Numbered from the stretch's first letter, positions 36,993 to 45,133 are shown. The stretch: DNA of 56,264 nt from Acidimicrobiaceae bacterium (GCA_947463235.1 CANHST010000001.1:1-56264), one strand, 5' to 3'. The notes: generated by a model not told the origin, from the sequence alone. Numbers and translations: made by a program.

Positions 36993-37450
36993 GCTGCGTT
37001 CTCCTGTGGGCGACCTTCGAGGCCGACGCGGCGGATGGTGCTACTGGACGTGCGCTCCGGTGAGAGGGCGGTATCGAGACGCCGTTGCACGTTCACCGGA
37101 CCCCACTCCAGCGCACCCCGTGCCACCACGTACACGAAGGCAGCGAAGAACACCACGCTGAATGCGACCATCTCCCACAGCGCATACGAGCCGAGGAATG
37201 CCCGGTCGACGGCGAAGGGGTAGATGAAGATGATTTCGATGTCGAACATGATGAAGAGCATGGCGACGACATAGAAGGTGACCGGGAAACGTTCCGGTGG
37301 CTCGCGGCTCGGCACGATGCCGCACTCGTACGGCGCCGACTTGGCAGCCGACGGACGACGCGGCGCGAGAAGGCGCGATGCACCGAAGCTCAAGGCTCCG
37401 AACAGCGTCGCCAGTACGAGGAGTGCGATGACCGGCAGGTACTGGCCCAT
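36989..37450 (-). CDS. nuoA: NADH-quinone oxidoreductase subunit A (with about 35-aa C-terminal extension)
   Basis: 153 aa with YECGIVP and FDIEIIF motifs. The start lies 3 nt after the stop of the preceding membrane-protein gene. Confidence 0.9.
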   Translation of the reverse strand: MGQYLPVIALLVLATLFGALSFGASRLLAPRRPSAAKSAPYECGIVPSREPPERFPVTFYVVAMLFIMFDIEIIFIYPFAVDRAFLGSYALWEMVAFSVVFFAAFVYVVARGALEWGPVNVQRRLDTALSPERTSSSTIRRVGLEGRPQENAA

Positions 37451-37453
37451 GAA

Positions 37454-38272
37454 TCAGACCTTCTGTGGTAGTGCCTTGGCGTCCAGGTTGGCGCGGACGT
37501 AGCGGTCGCGTCGGTGGAGCAGCCAGCACAGGATGAGGAAGATGATGAGCGACGAGATGCAGATGATGGCCGCAGGCTTACGCTTCGAGCCGAGGTCGCG
37601 GATCATGTACACGTAGTCGTGCGAGCGCGTCGTGTCGATCACCGGACGGGCCGGTGCGCGACCCGGTTCGGTGCGCTGTGGCACCAACGGCGCAGTCTCC
37701 ACGAGCGCATAGTGCGGATCGTGGAAGAACGCCAAGAAGTCGATGCGATCGTCCCAGAACGTGGGGTGGCGCTCGCCGCCCTTGTCGAACACGTTGACTA
37801 CGGTGAACTCGCCAGCCGCAAGTGCGCCGGATTCCTCGAGGAACACGGTGCCAGCCGAACCAGCCTGCTGGAACGACGGCAACGCCGGATCGAGCTTGAT
37901 CCACCCATCGGTGATCAGTTGCTGGCTGACGGCAGCAGCGTCGGCGGGAGCATCGCCGGTGGGCGTGAACGGCACCTGAATGACACCGACTTCATGCAAC
38001 AGCGCGCTATCACGGATCACCGTTTCGCCTGCGACGGCCTTCCAGGAGGAATCCGGGCCGAGGAGGCCCTTGCCGTACGACCACCAGATGGCACCCATGA
38101 GGAACATCCAGCCGGCCAACCCGGCAAACGCCACGAGGAAGCCGAGGCGGGCACCCATGTTGGTACCGAGGATCAGATAGATGCTGCCGCAGAGCACCGC
38201 CACCGAGATGATGACGATGAGGGTGCCGCGAAGCTCCCATTCCCAGTTCACAGCCAGAAGAGCACTCATCAC
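37454..38272 (-). CDS. uncharacterised membrane protein (2 N-terminal TM, about 170-aa extracytoplasmic domain, 1 C-terminal TM)
   Basis: 272 aa. ATGA overlap with the dihaem cytochrome c stop, and its own stop lies 3 nt before the nuoA start. Hydrophobic segments: LIVIISVAVLCGSIYLILG, LGFLVAFAGLAGWMFLMGAIWW, AAIICISSLIIFLILCWLL. I recognise no family. Confidence 0.7.
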   Translation of the reverse strand: MMSALLAVNWEWELRGTLIVIISVAVLCGSIYLILGTNMGARLGFLVAFAGLAGWMFLMGAIWWSYGKGLLGPDSSWKAVAGETVIRDSALLHEVGVIQVPFTPTGDAPADAAAVSQQLITDGWIKLDPALPSFQQAGSAGTVFLEESGALAAGEFTVVNVFDKGGERHPTFWDDRIDFLAFFHDPHYALVETAPLVPQRTEPGRAPARPVIDTTRSHDYVYMIRDLGSKRKPAAIICISSLIIFLILCWLLHRRDRYVRANLDAKALPQKV

Positions 38273-39351
38273 AGACCTCGCACGTATTCGACGACAGCCT
38301 TGATCTGCTCATCGGTGAGCAGGTGGCCGAAACCAGGCATACGACCAGAGCCCTGGCTCTGCATGCCGTACTTCTTACCGTTCGAGGAACCCGCCTTGAT
38401 GAAGCTGATCATGTCGGACTCGTTCGGGAAGTGGGTGTTCGTGGCTCCGCCGGTGAGGTTCCAGCCGAAGGCACCCTGGCCGGTCGCCACGGGATCGCCG
38501 TAGCTCCAGCCCTGCGTGTGGCAGCGGGCGCAGCTGTAGGCGCCGCTGTTGAGGTCGAGGTTGAAGAGCGCCTCGCCTTCGCTGGCATCCGGGTTCGCCT
38601 TCAGATAATTGTCGACGGCCTTCTGGATCTCGTCCTTGGTGGGCTGCGGCAGCGTGCCGCCGTCGCACACCGAGGGGTCGGCGGTATCGGAGAACGGCAG
38701 CGCCGAAGGGTTCACGCAGCTGTCGGGCTCGATCTGAATGGTCTCCAGGTACACCAGCAACGTCTCGATGTTCTGTTCGGTCATCGGGCCACCACCGGGG
38801 GCACCCCACGCCGACATCGGCGAGAAGGGACGGCCATAGTTCAGGATGAACCGCACCTCCTCCTTGCTGTAGCGGTAGAAAACCGTGTTGAGTGCGGGTG
38901 CGTACCAGCTGACGGCGCGAACCTCGCCGGTCTTCGGGTCGGTAACGGCATACGGCGCTTGCCCACCGGTGCCCTTCAGACCGCCGTGGCAACCGGCGCA
39001 GTTGAAGCCACCGTTGGCCGTGGTCTGGAACAGTTCCTCGCCCCAGCCCACGAACTCCTCGTGCTTCCGGTCGACGGCGCCGGCCTGACGGCCAGGCTCG
39101 AGAATCCAGTAGACGGGAAGGCCGATCACCATCGTGGCGAGCAGCAGCACACCGAACAGCTGGAAGCGCTCGAGTCGCGAACCTTCCATCTGTTCGTCGT
39201 CGTAGTACTGCTTCCGGTTCGGCGCCATCTCGATTTCGGAACCGAGTTCCTTGCGAGCCGACGAGTTGTTCAGGAAGTAGTAGGTGATCCAGCCGAGAAG
39301 GATGACCGTGAAGATCACCCAAGCAACAGCAGTGGTGTTGAGTGCAACCAT
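38269..39351 (-). CDS. membrane-anchored dihaem cytochrome c (QcrC-like role)
   Basis: 360 aa with two N-terminal TM helices, two CxxCH motifs (CAGCH, CARCH) and candidate Met ligands (PMSAWG, GRMPGFG). Confidence 0.88.
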   Translation of the reverse strand: MVALNTTAVAWVIFTVILLGWITYYFLNNSSARKELGSEIEMAPNRKQYYDDEQMEGSRLERFQLFGVLLLATMVIGLPVYWILEPGRQAGAVDRKHEEFVGWGEELFQTTANGGFNCAGCHGGLKGTGGQAPYAVTDPKTGEVRAVSWYAPALNTVFYRYSKEEVRFILNYGRPFSPMSAWGAPGGGPMTEQNIETLLVYLETIQIEPDSCVNPSALPFSDTADPSVCDGGTLPQPTKDEIQKAVDNYLKANPDASEGEALFNLDLNSGAYSCARCHTQGWSYGDPVATGQGAFGWNLTGGATNTHFPNESDMISFIKAGSSNGKKYGMQSQGSGRMPGFGHLLTDEQIKAVVEYVRGL

Positions 39352-40211
39352 CAGTGCGAGCCTCCGCCGCCGGTGATGCAGTGCGGACCCTCGGCCTCTT
39401 GGCCGGTGGTGTTGATGCCGATCGGGGCACCGGTGATCACGGTCGACGTGTCGATGACGACGTCGCCCGATGCGCTGACGGTGACCGCGAAGTGATCCAT
39501 GCCACGCGGGGCGGGACCGGCCTTCTTCTCACCGACGCGGTTGTACTGCGAACCGTGGCACGGGCACTCGAACCACTGGCTGCTGGCGCACTGCGGCACA
39601 CGGCAGCCGAGGTGCGGGCACTTCTGGTACATCGCCACAACGCCTTCGGAGAGACCGCCGAGCAGCGATTGGTACTCGGCAATGCCCTTGGCCTTCGGCA
39701 GTGCCTCGGGCGGATACTGCGTGATGTACGAACGCGCACTCGACGAGTAGAAGAAGCCGGCGTTGCTCCGGATGCTGGCAATGACGTCGTCGAGCTTGCC
39801 GACGCTCACCTTGCCGCCGAACACGGGCGCAGCAGTGGGCCACAGGAATGCCACGAAGGCACCGGCGGCGAACGTACCGAGGCCGGCGCTCATGAGCGTG
39901 ACGGTGGCGCGGTTGAGGAACTGGCGACGGTTCACACCGATCTGTTCCGCATCGGGAGCAACCCAGGTGACCGGGGCGGTGGACTCGGGCTTGACGAGGC
40001 TGGCCTCGCGAGCTTCGGTGGCGGCGCGCTCGACCTGGCGGCCCGTGGGTGCGGGCCCGTCGATCTCGGCGTCCTTGTCGCGACGACGCGTCTCGCGGCT
40101 GAGCGCACCGGCTCCGCGCACGTCGCTCTTTCGAGCGGCAGTGAGCAGGGCCACGGCGAACAGCGCGACGAGCACGACGGCGGCGATGGCGATGATGGCG
40201 GCAGGACTCAT
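39351..40211 (-). CDS. Rieske 2Fe-2S subunit of cytochrome bc/b6c complex
   Basis: Start trimmed to ATG 40209-40211. Has a twin-arginine-like NRRQFLNRA, and Rieske boxes CPHLGCRV and CPCHGSQY. Confidence 0.9.
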   Translation of the reverse strand: MSPAAIIAIAAVVLVALFAVALLTAARKSDVRGAGALSRETRRRDKDAEIDGPAPTGRQVERAATEAREASLVKPESTAPVTWVAPDAEQIGVNRRQFLNRATVTLMSAGLGTFAAGAFVAFLWPTAAPVFGGKVSVGKLDDVIASIRSNAGFFYSSSARSYITQYPPEALPKAKGIAEYQSLLGGLSEGVVAMYQKCPHLGCRVPQCASSQWFECPCHGSQYNRVGEKKAGPAPRGMDHFAVTVSASGDVVIDTSTVITGAPIGINTTGQEAEGPHCITGGGGSH

Positions 40212-40224
40212 GACAGCAGGTGCC

Positions 40225-40995
40225 TCACAGTTCGAAGAAGATGCCGTCACGCCACGGGAGCGTGAAGTTGAAGCCGGGGCCACGGAAGAACGAACCGATG
40301 ATGACGAGCACGGCCCAGAACATGAGGTGCACGGTCATCAACGAGGTCGCGAACTTGCGATCTTCGGGCTTATTGGATGGGTTCTTGTCGATGAAGGGCG
40401 CAAGGATCAGCACGATCATGCCCACACCGGGGATGGTCACACCGGCGACCATCGGGTGGAACATGGTGAGCAGTTCCTGCAGACCGAGGAAGTACCACGG
40501 TGCCTTCGACGGGTTCGGCGTCTTGTTGATGTTCGCCTGCTGCAGCAGCGGGGCGTTCACGAAGATGCTGAAGAAGAAGGTGAACGACAGGCACGCCAGG
40601 GCGGCAACGAACTCACCGGCGAGTAGGTGCGGCCACGTGTGCACCTTGTCGACCGGCGAGGCCTTCACGTCCTGAATGGAGCCGCTCTTCACCACGGTGA
40701 GCAGACGCTGCGTGTGGCCACCGGGGCCAGCGCCCATCGGCACGCCACCACCGGCAGGAGCTGCGGCCACCACGCTGGCGACCTTCTCCTGCACGGCCAC
40801 GCCACCACCAGCGCCGTCAGCCTGCGCCTTGCGGGCCTTGCTGCGCTCGAGGAGATGGGCCGGGATACGCGGATCCGCGGCGGGTTCGCTGCTCGCCGCA
40901 GCGCCGGCGGCATCGGCCGCGGCACCGCTTTCGGCGGCAGCCTTGTCGCGAGCAGCTTGTGCTCGCTTGAGGAGGTGTTCGGGGATTTCGGTCAT
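40225..40995 (-). CDS. cytochrome b6f subunit-IV-like protein (C-terminal half of cytochrome b) with about 115-aa Ala/Lys-rich N-terminal extension
   Basis: 256 aa. The C-terminal 140 aa align by eye with PetD/subunit IV: three TM helices and the Qo-motif region [13 protein letters not shown]. The N-terminus carries two copies of an IPxHLLxRS..A.KA motif. Confidence 0.85.
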   Translation of the reverse strand: MTEIPEHLLKRAQAARDKAAAESGAAADAAGAAASSEPAADPRIPAHLLERSKARKAQADGAGGGVAVQEKVASVVAAAPAGGGVPMGAGPGGHTQRLLTVVKSGSIQDVKASPVDKVHTWPHLLAGEFVAALACLSFTFFFSIFVNAPLLQQANINKTPNPSKAPWYFLGLQELLTMFHPMVAGVTIPGVGMIVLILAPFIDKNPSNKPEDRKFATSLMTVHLMFWAVLVIIGSFFRGPGFNFTLPWRDGIFFEL

Positions 40996-41012
40996 CGATC
41001 GTCTCCGTCAGC

Positions 41013-41798
41013 TCACAGGGGGCCCGAGATGCCGCCGTCTTTGCGGACTCGCCAGAAGTGGATAGCCATGAAGATGACGATCACGAAGGGCAGCATGAGT
41101 ACGTGCAGCACGTACCAACGCAGCAGCGTGTCGCCACCGATTTCCTTGCCACCGAGCAGCACGAACCGAACCTGGGTACCGATGACCGGCGAGTAGCCCA
41201 TCATGTTGGTACCCACGGTCACTGCCCAGAGCGCCAGCTGGTCCCACGGCAACAGATAGCCGGTGAACGACAGCAGCAGGGTGAGCATCAGCAGCACCAC
41301 GCCGATGACCCAGTTGAACTCACGCGGCGGCTTGTAGGCGCCGTGGTAGAAGACGCGGGCCATGTGCAGGAACACACTGAGCACCATGAGGTGCGCACCC
41401 CATCGGTGCATGTTGCGCACAAGTAAGCCGAACGTCACCGAGGTCTGCAGGTTCGAGATGTCGTTCCAGGCCTGCACGTCGGTGGGGCGGTAGAAGAACA
41501 TCAAGAAGATGCCGGTGACCGTCAGCAGGATGAAGAGGAAGAAGCTCAAGCCACCGAGGCAGAGCGTGTAGCTCACCTTCACGGCATGTCGCTTCACCTT
41601 CACCGGGTGCAGGTGGTACAGCACCGAGTTCATGATGACGTAGCTGCGGTTACGCGGGCTGTCGGTGTAGCCCTTGCGGAAGATGGAACCGGGCCGGAAG
41701 ATGGAACTCCAGGCCTGGCTGCCCTGCACGGAATCGACCGTCTTGTTCAGACGGTCTTTCACTGTGGGCTTGGGAGTGTCGTCGAGGATCTTTGCCAT
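41013..41798 (-). CDS. cytochrome b6-type subunit (N-terminal half of cytochrome b), haem-ci cysteine conserved
   Basis: 261 aa. By-eye alignment with plastid cytochrome b6 gives YTLCLGG (Cys80 matching b6 Cys35). The His pairs are spaced 14 (MHRW..FLHMA) and 15 (VLHVL..AIHFW). The C-terminal end RKDGGISGPL is b6-like. Confidence 0.9.
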   Translation of the reverse strand: MAKILDDTPKPTVKDRLNKTVDSVQGSQAWSSIFRPGSIFRKGYTDSPRNRSYVIMNSVLYHLHPVKVKRHAVKVSYTLCLGGLSFFLFILLTVTGIFLMFFYRPTDVQAWNDISNLQTSVTFGLLVRNMHRWGAHLMVLSVFLHMARVFYHGAYKPPREFNWVIGVVLLMLTLLLSFTGYLLPWDQLALWAVTVGTNMMGYSPVIGTQVRFVLLGGKEIGGDTLLRWYVLHVLMLPFVIVIFMAIHFWRVRKDGGISGPL

Positions 41799-41807
41799 TT
41801 CTCTTCC

Positions 41808-42221
41808 TCAGAGCCGCATGCCGTAGGCGTAGCCGTGGTTGTTGGTACGAGTGTGTGAATCGCCGGTCGTGCCCGGAGCGCCCACCTTGCCGAGGATGAT
41901 GACCCCGGTCGGGCAGCGGTCCACGCAGAGCTGGCACCGTGTGCAGATGTCGTCGTCGATGATGAACACGACGTTGTCGCTGGGGTCGAGCCCCGGCTTC
42001 TCCGTGCCGTTGGATTCCGAGATGGCGTCGGGTGACACCATGTGGATGCACTTCCACGGACAGATGTCGACGCAACCCTCGCACATGATGCACTCGGTCT
42101 GGTCGATGTGGATGAACTGCTTCGGCTTGACGGCCTTCGACAGGTAGTCGGCGTCGACCTCCACCAGGAGGTAGTCGTCGGTGTACGGCATCATCGCCGG
42201 ATTGGCGTCGGTCTTCGCCAT
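41808..42221 (-). CDS. 2x[4Fe-4S] dicluster ferredoxin-like protein encoded inside the bc operon
   Basis: 137 aa with CIMCEGCVDICP and CTRCQLCVDRCP and no TM segment. Its stop lies 9 nt before the cytochrome b6 start, and its start lies 3 nt after the stop of the upstream gene. Confidence 0.85.
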   Translation of the reverse strand: MAKTDANPAMMPYTDDYLLVEVDADYLSKAVKPKQFIHIDQTECIMCEGCVDICPWKCIHMVSPDAISESNGTEKPGLDPSDNVVFIIDDDICTRCQLCVDRCPTGVIILGKVGAPGTTGDSHTRTNNHGYAYGMRL

Positions 42222-42224
42222 GCG

Positions 42225-42713
42225 TCAGCCCTTCTTCACCAGCGGGCGACCGAAGCTGCTAGTGGCGATCTCGGTGCCGGCGACCACGTCGCCGCGCTTT
42301 TGCCACTTGCTCCAGAGGTAGATGAGCAGACCGAAGAACCACAGGTGGATGACGACCACCACGATGTCGCGAATGGCTTCGTACGACATGGTGATGGGCC
42401 AGCTGCCACCGAGCGCCTGCGGCTTGAAGATGTCGCCGGGGCCGTAGATGATGTTGTTCTTCGACCAGCCCAGTTCCTTGTCGGCATGGTCGATGAACTG
42501 GTGGGGGCACACGCCGAAGGCGATGAACATCACGCCGAAGGCGTACACCGACGCCAGCATGGCCTCACCCCAACTGGTGGGAGTGCCCTTGGGCCGGCGC
42601 TTGGAGTAGGGGATCACGATGAGCGCGCCGAAGGTGGCCAGGAAGAACGAAAACAGGAACGCCACGTTCATGCCGGGCCAATGCAATGGGTTCGTTTCGA
42701 ATGCGATCAGCAC
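42225..42713 (-). CDS. small uncharacterised membrane protein, first gene of the bc-nuo gene string
   Basis: GTG at 42711-42713 is preceded by GGAGAGGG at 7 nt; an alternative ATG lies at 42671. Three hydrophobic helices: FLFSFFLATFGALIVI, ASVYAFGVMFIAFGV, IVVVVIHLWFFGLLIYLW. The rest of track ORF 42225..43700 is antisense to a real cytochrome c gene. Confidence 0.65.
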   Translation of the reverse strand: MLIAFETNPLHWPGMNVAFLFSFFLATFGALIVIPYSKRRPKGTPTSWGEAMLASVYAFGVMFIAFGVCPHQFIDHADKELGWSKNNIIYGPGDIFKPQALGGSWPITMSYEAIRDIVVVVIHLWFFGLLIYLWSKWQKRGDVVAGTEIATSSFGRPLVKKG

Positions 42714-42728
42714 TTCGCTGCCCTCTCC

Positions 42729-42747
42729 ATGTGAACTGCTGCACGAA
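42729..42747. promoter_or_regulatory. weak Rex-like box in 5' region of the bc-nuo string
   Basis: aTGTGAActgcTGCACGAa compared with TTGTGAA-N4-TTCACAA matches 6/7 in the first half and 5/7 in the second. It lies immediately upstream of the RBS at 42721-42728. Confidence 0.3.
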
Positions 42748-42866
42748 CTGTAGCCACGCAACCCGGGGTCAGTACCAGTTCGTCCACGAGAACGCACCGT
42801 GACGTACCCCCGGACAGGTGTCACAAGCGACAGGTTTACCACGCGGACACCCCGACCGCCGTGCCG

Positions 42867-42884
42867 TTGTGAACTCGTGCACGC
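42867..42884. promoter_or_regulatory. weak Rex-like box upstream of the divergent cytochrome c gene
   Basis: TTGTGAActcgTGCACGC has a perfect first half-site (7/7) and a 4/7 second half. It lies 70 nt upstream of the GTG at 42954 and shares the core GTGAACTnnTGCACG with the box at 42729. Confidence 0.3.
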
Positions 42885-42953
42885 CGCCGGGTCGAGCGAC
42901 ATCGCGACCGAGGATTTCCCCCACGCGACCCTTCTCCGTCTATCGTTCACCCC

Positions 42954-43769
42954 GTGACCGAGATTCCCGAGCACCTGCTGAAGCGGAGCAAGGCCGCCAA
43001 GGCCAAGGCCGATGGCGCCGAAGCCCCTGCCGACGCACCCGCTGCCCCCTCCTCTGCGCCGGCCACCACCGACGCTGCCGTCCCTGCGGCTGCGGCCAAG
43101 GCCGCTGCGCCCGCAGTGCCGGCCGCACCCGTGGCCAAGCCCGATACTCCGGTGGTGGCTGCCTACAAGGCCCGCCGCAAGATCCCGGTATGGGCCATGC
43201 TCACGCTGAGCATCCTCCCCGTGTGGGCGTTCATGTACGTGCTGGCGATGAAGCCCGTCACCGCGAAGGCCACCGGCCCCCTCGGCGACGGTGCCGTGGT
43301 GTACTCCGGCAACTGCTCGGGCTGCCACGGCGGCGGCGGCGAGGGCGTCGGCTCCGCCTACGGCTTCACCAACGGTTCCGTGATGAAGACGTTCCCGCAC
43401 ATCGAAGATCAGGTCCGCTGGGTCGCACTCGGCACCAAGGCCTATCTCGATGCCGGCGTCAGCGTGTACGGCGACCCGAACCGCGAAGGCGGCGCACACA
43501 TCACCGGTGCCAGCGGCGGCCAGATGCCCGGCTGGAAGGGCAACCTCACCGACGCCGAGATCCTGGCCGCTGTCTGCGACGAGCGTTACGGCTTGGGTGG
43601 CGGCGACGAGGAGAGCGAAGAATTCGCCCTGTGGTGCGCCACCGACAGTGCGGTGTACGCGGCGCTCGAGTCGGGCGAGGCCACCTTCGACAATCTGCAC
43701 ACCGTCATCGCCGACAAGGGCATCATGGAGATCGGCAGCACGCCGATCGCTGGTACCACCGCCGGCTGA
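42954..43769 (+). CDS. membrane-anchored monohaem class I cytochrome c with Ala/Pro/Lys-rich cytoplasmic N-terminal extension
   Basis: 271 aa with a GTG start. One TM helix (IPVWAMLTLSILPVWAFMYVLAM), haem site CSGCH, and Met-ligand region GGQMPGW. The N-terminus [11 protein letters not shown] is identical to that of the subunit-IV-like protein. Confidence 0.85.
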   Translation: MTEIPEHLLKRSKAAKAKADGAEAPADAPAAPSSAPATTDAAVPAAAAKAAAPAVPAAPVAKPDTPVVAAYKARRKIPVWAMLTLSILPVWAFMYVLAMKPVTAKATGPLGDGAVVYSGNCSGCHGGGGEGVGSAYGFTNGSVMKTFPHIEDQVRWVALGTKAYLDAGVSVYGDPNREGGAHITGASGGQMPGWKGNLTDAEILAAVCDERYGLGGGDEESEEFALWCATDSAVYAALESGEATFDNLHTVIADKGIMEIGSTPIAGTTAG

Positions 43770-43803
43770 GCCTCGGTTCCAACAACCGATTCGTCCTTCA
43801 GAT

Positions 43804-43831
43804 GTGGCCGCTTCCCTCGGGAAGCGGCCAC
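43804..43831 (+). terminator. perfect 12-bp stem-loop after the cytochrome c gene
   Basis: gtggccgcttcc-ctcg-ggaagcggccac lies 35 nt after the stop at 43769. It has no U-tract, which is usual at this GC content. Confidence 0.6.
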
Positions 43832-43842
43832 ACTGCTATGTC

Positions 43843-45099
43843 GTGAGCGACCGCGCGACCACCCCCACCGAGGTGCTCGTCATCGGCGGCGGCCCAGCAG
43901 GGGCGGCGGCCGGCTACTGGCTCGCGCACCACGGCCACGACGTCACGATCGTGGAACGCAAGACATTCCCGCGCGACAAGACCTGCGGCGACGGCCTCAC
44001 CCCGCGGGCGGTGCATCAACTCGGCGAGATGGGCCTCGCCGACCAACTCGTGAAGTACCACCGCTACGAAGGACTACGCGCCACCGGCATGGGGCGCGAA
44101 CTCGAACTGCAATGGCCGTCACACTCGGTGTACCCCAGCCACGGTTACGTGGCGCGACGCCGCGAACTCGACGAGATGGTCGCGAGGAATGCGGTCGCGG
44201 CTGGCGCGACCTTGCTCACCGGCCACGAGGCCACCGGTCCGATCATCGACCGTGGATTCGTGCGCGGCGCCACGGTGCAGACGAGCGACGGCTCGACCAA
44301 AGAACTGCGCGCCAAGTACGTCGTGGTGGCCGATGGGGCCAACAGTCGCTTCGGCCGGGCGCTCGGTACGTTCCGCACGCGCGAATGGCCCTATGGCACA
44401 GCGATCCGCACCTACTGGACCACCCCTCGCCATGCCGAACCCCTGATCGAATCGGCACTCGATCTGAAGGATCGCAACGGCAACCCGCTGCCCGGCTACG
44501 GCTGGATCTTCCCGCTCGGCGATGGCACCGTGAATATCGGCGTGGGATTACTCAGCACGTTCCGCGACTTCAAGAGTGTGAACACCACGCACCTGCTCGA
44601 GGCCTACGCACAGCAGGTTGCCGAACGGTGGGAGATCGACCCCGACAAACCGGAAGCGAAGGCGCAGAGCGGCCGCATTCCCATGGGCGGTTCGGTGGGC
44701 CCGAAGGCAGGGCCGAACTACCTCGTGATCGGCGATGCGGCCGGCAGCGTGAACCCGTTCAACGGCGACGGCATCGACTACGCGTACGAGACCGGCCGCA
44801 TGGCCGCATCGGTGTTACACGAGGCACTCGTGGCCGCCGACCCCACCACCCTGCAGCAGTATCCGCGTCTGCTCGATGATGCCTACGGCGATTACTTCAA
44901 GATGGCTCGCCTCTTCGCCCGCGTCATCGGTCGACCGACACTGATGCGCGAACTCACCCGAGTCGGCATGCACAACCGCACGCTGATGGAGTGGGTGCTT
45001 CGGGTCATGTCGAACATGCTGCGCGACGACGAGTTCGGCCCCGCCGAAGCCGCCTACAAGGCCGCCACCCAACTCGTGAAGCTCGCCCCCAACGCCTAA
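43843..45099 (+). CDS. geranylgeranyl reductase family FAD oxidoreductase (MenJ-like menaquinone side-chain reductase candidate)
   Basis: The GTG at 43843 was chosen because it follows the hairpin. N-terminus VLVIGGGPAGAAAGYWLAHHGHDVTIVERK (FAD fold), then CGDGLTP and IGDAAGSVNPFNGDGI. It neighbours a polyprenyl synthase gene, as in the mycobacterial menJ-grcC1 arrangement. Confidence 0.8.
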   Translation: MSDRATTPTEVLVIGGGPAGAAAGYWLAHHGHDVTIVERKTFPRDKTCGDGLTPRAVHQLGEMGLADQLVKYHRYEGLRATGMGRELELQWPSHSVYPSHGYVARRRELDEMVARNAVAAGATLLTGHEATGPIIDRGFVRGATVQTSDGSTKELRAKYVVVADGANSRFGRALGTFRTREWPYGTAIRTYWTTPRHAEPLIESALDLKDRNGNPLPGYGWIFPLGDGTVNIGVGLLSTFRDFKSVNTTHLLEAYAQQVAERWEIDPDKPEAKAQSGRIPMGGSVGPKAGPNYLVIGDAAGSVNPFNGDGIDYAYETGRMAASVLHEALVAADPTTLQQYPRLLDDAYGDYFKMARLFARVIGRPTLMRELTRVGMHNRTLMEWVLRVMSNMLRDDEFGPAEAAYKAATQLVKLAPNA

Positions 45100-45133
45100 C
45101 CCCAGCCCGAACCGGGTCTGCAGGGCGTTGTGA

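Noticed and set aside
2556-37450. The two nuo loci as an assembly duplication artefact.
   Set aside because: The paralogous subunits differ greatly in sequence and length, and the gene content differs (11 versus 14 genes). They are genuinely distinct operons.
42225-43700. 491-aa ORF on the minus strand spanning the divergent control region and the cytochrome c gene.
   Set aside because: Only the last about 160 codons look like a membrane protein with an RBS. The remainder is antisense to a cytochrome c gene that has a CSGCH haem site and a TM anchor.
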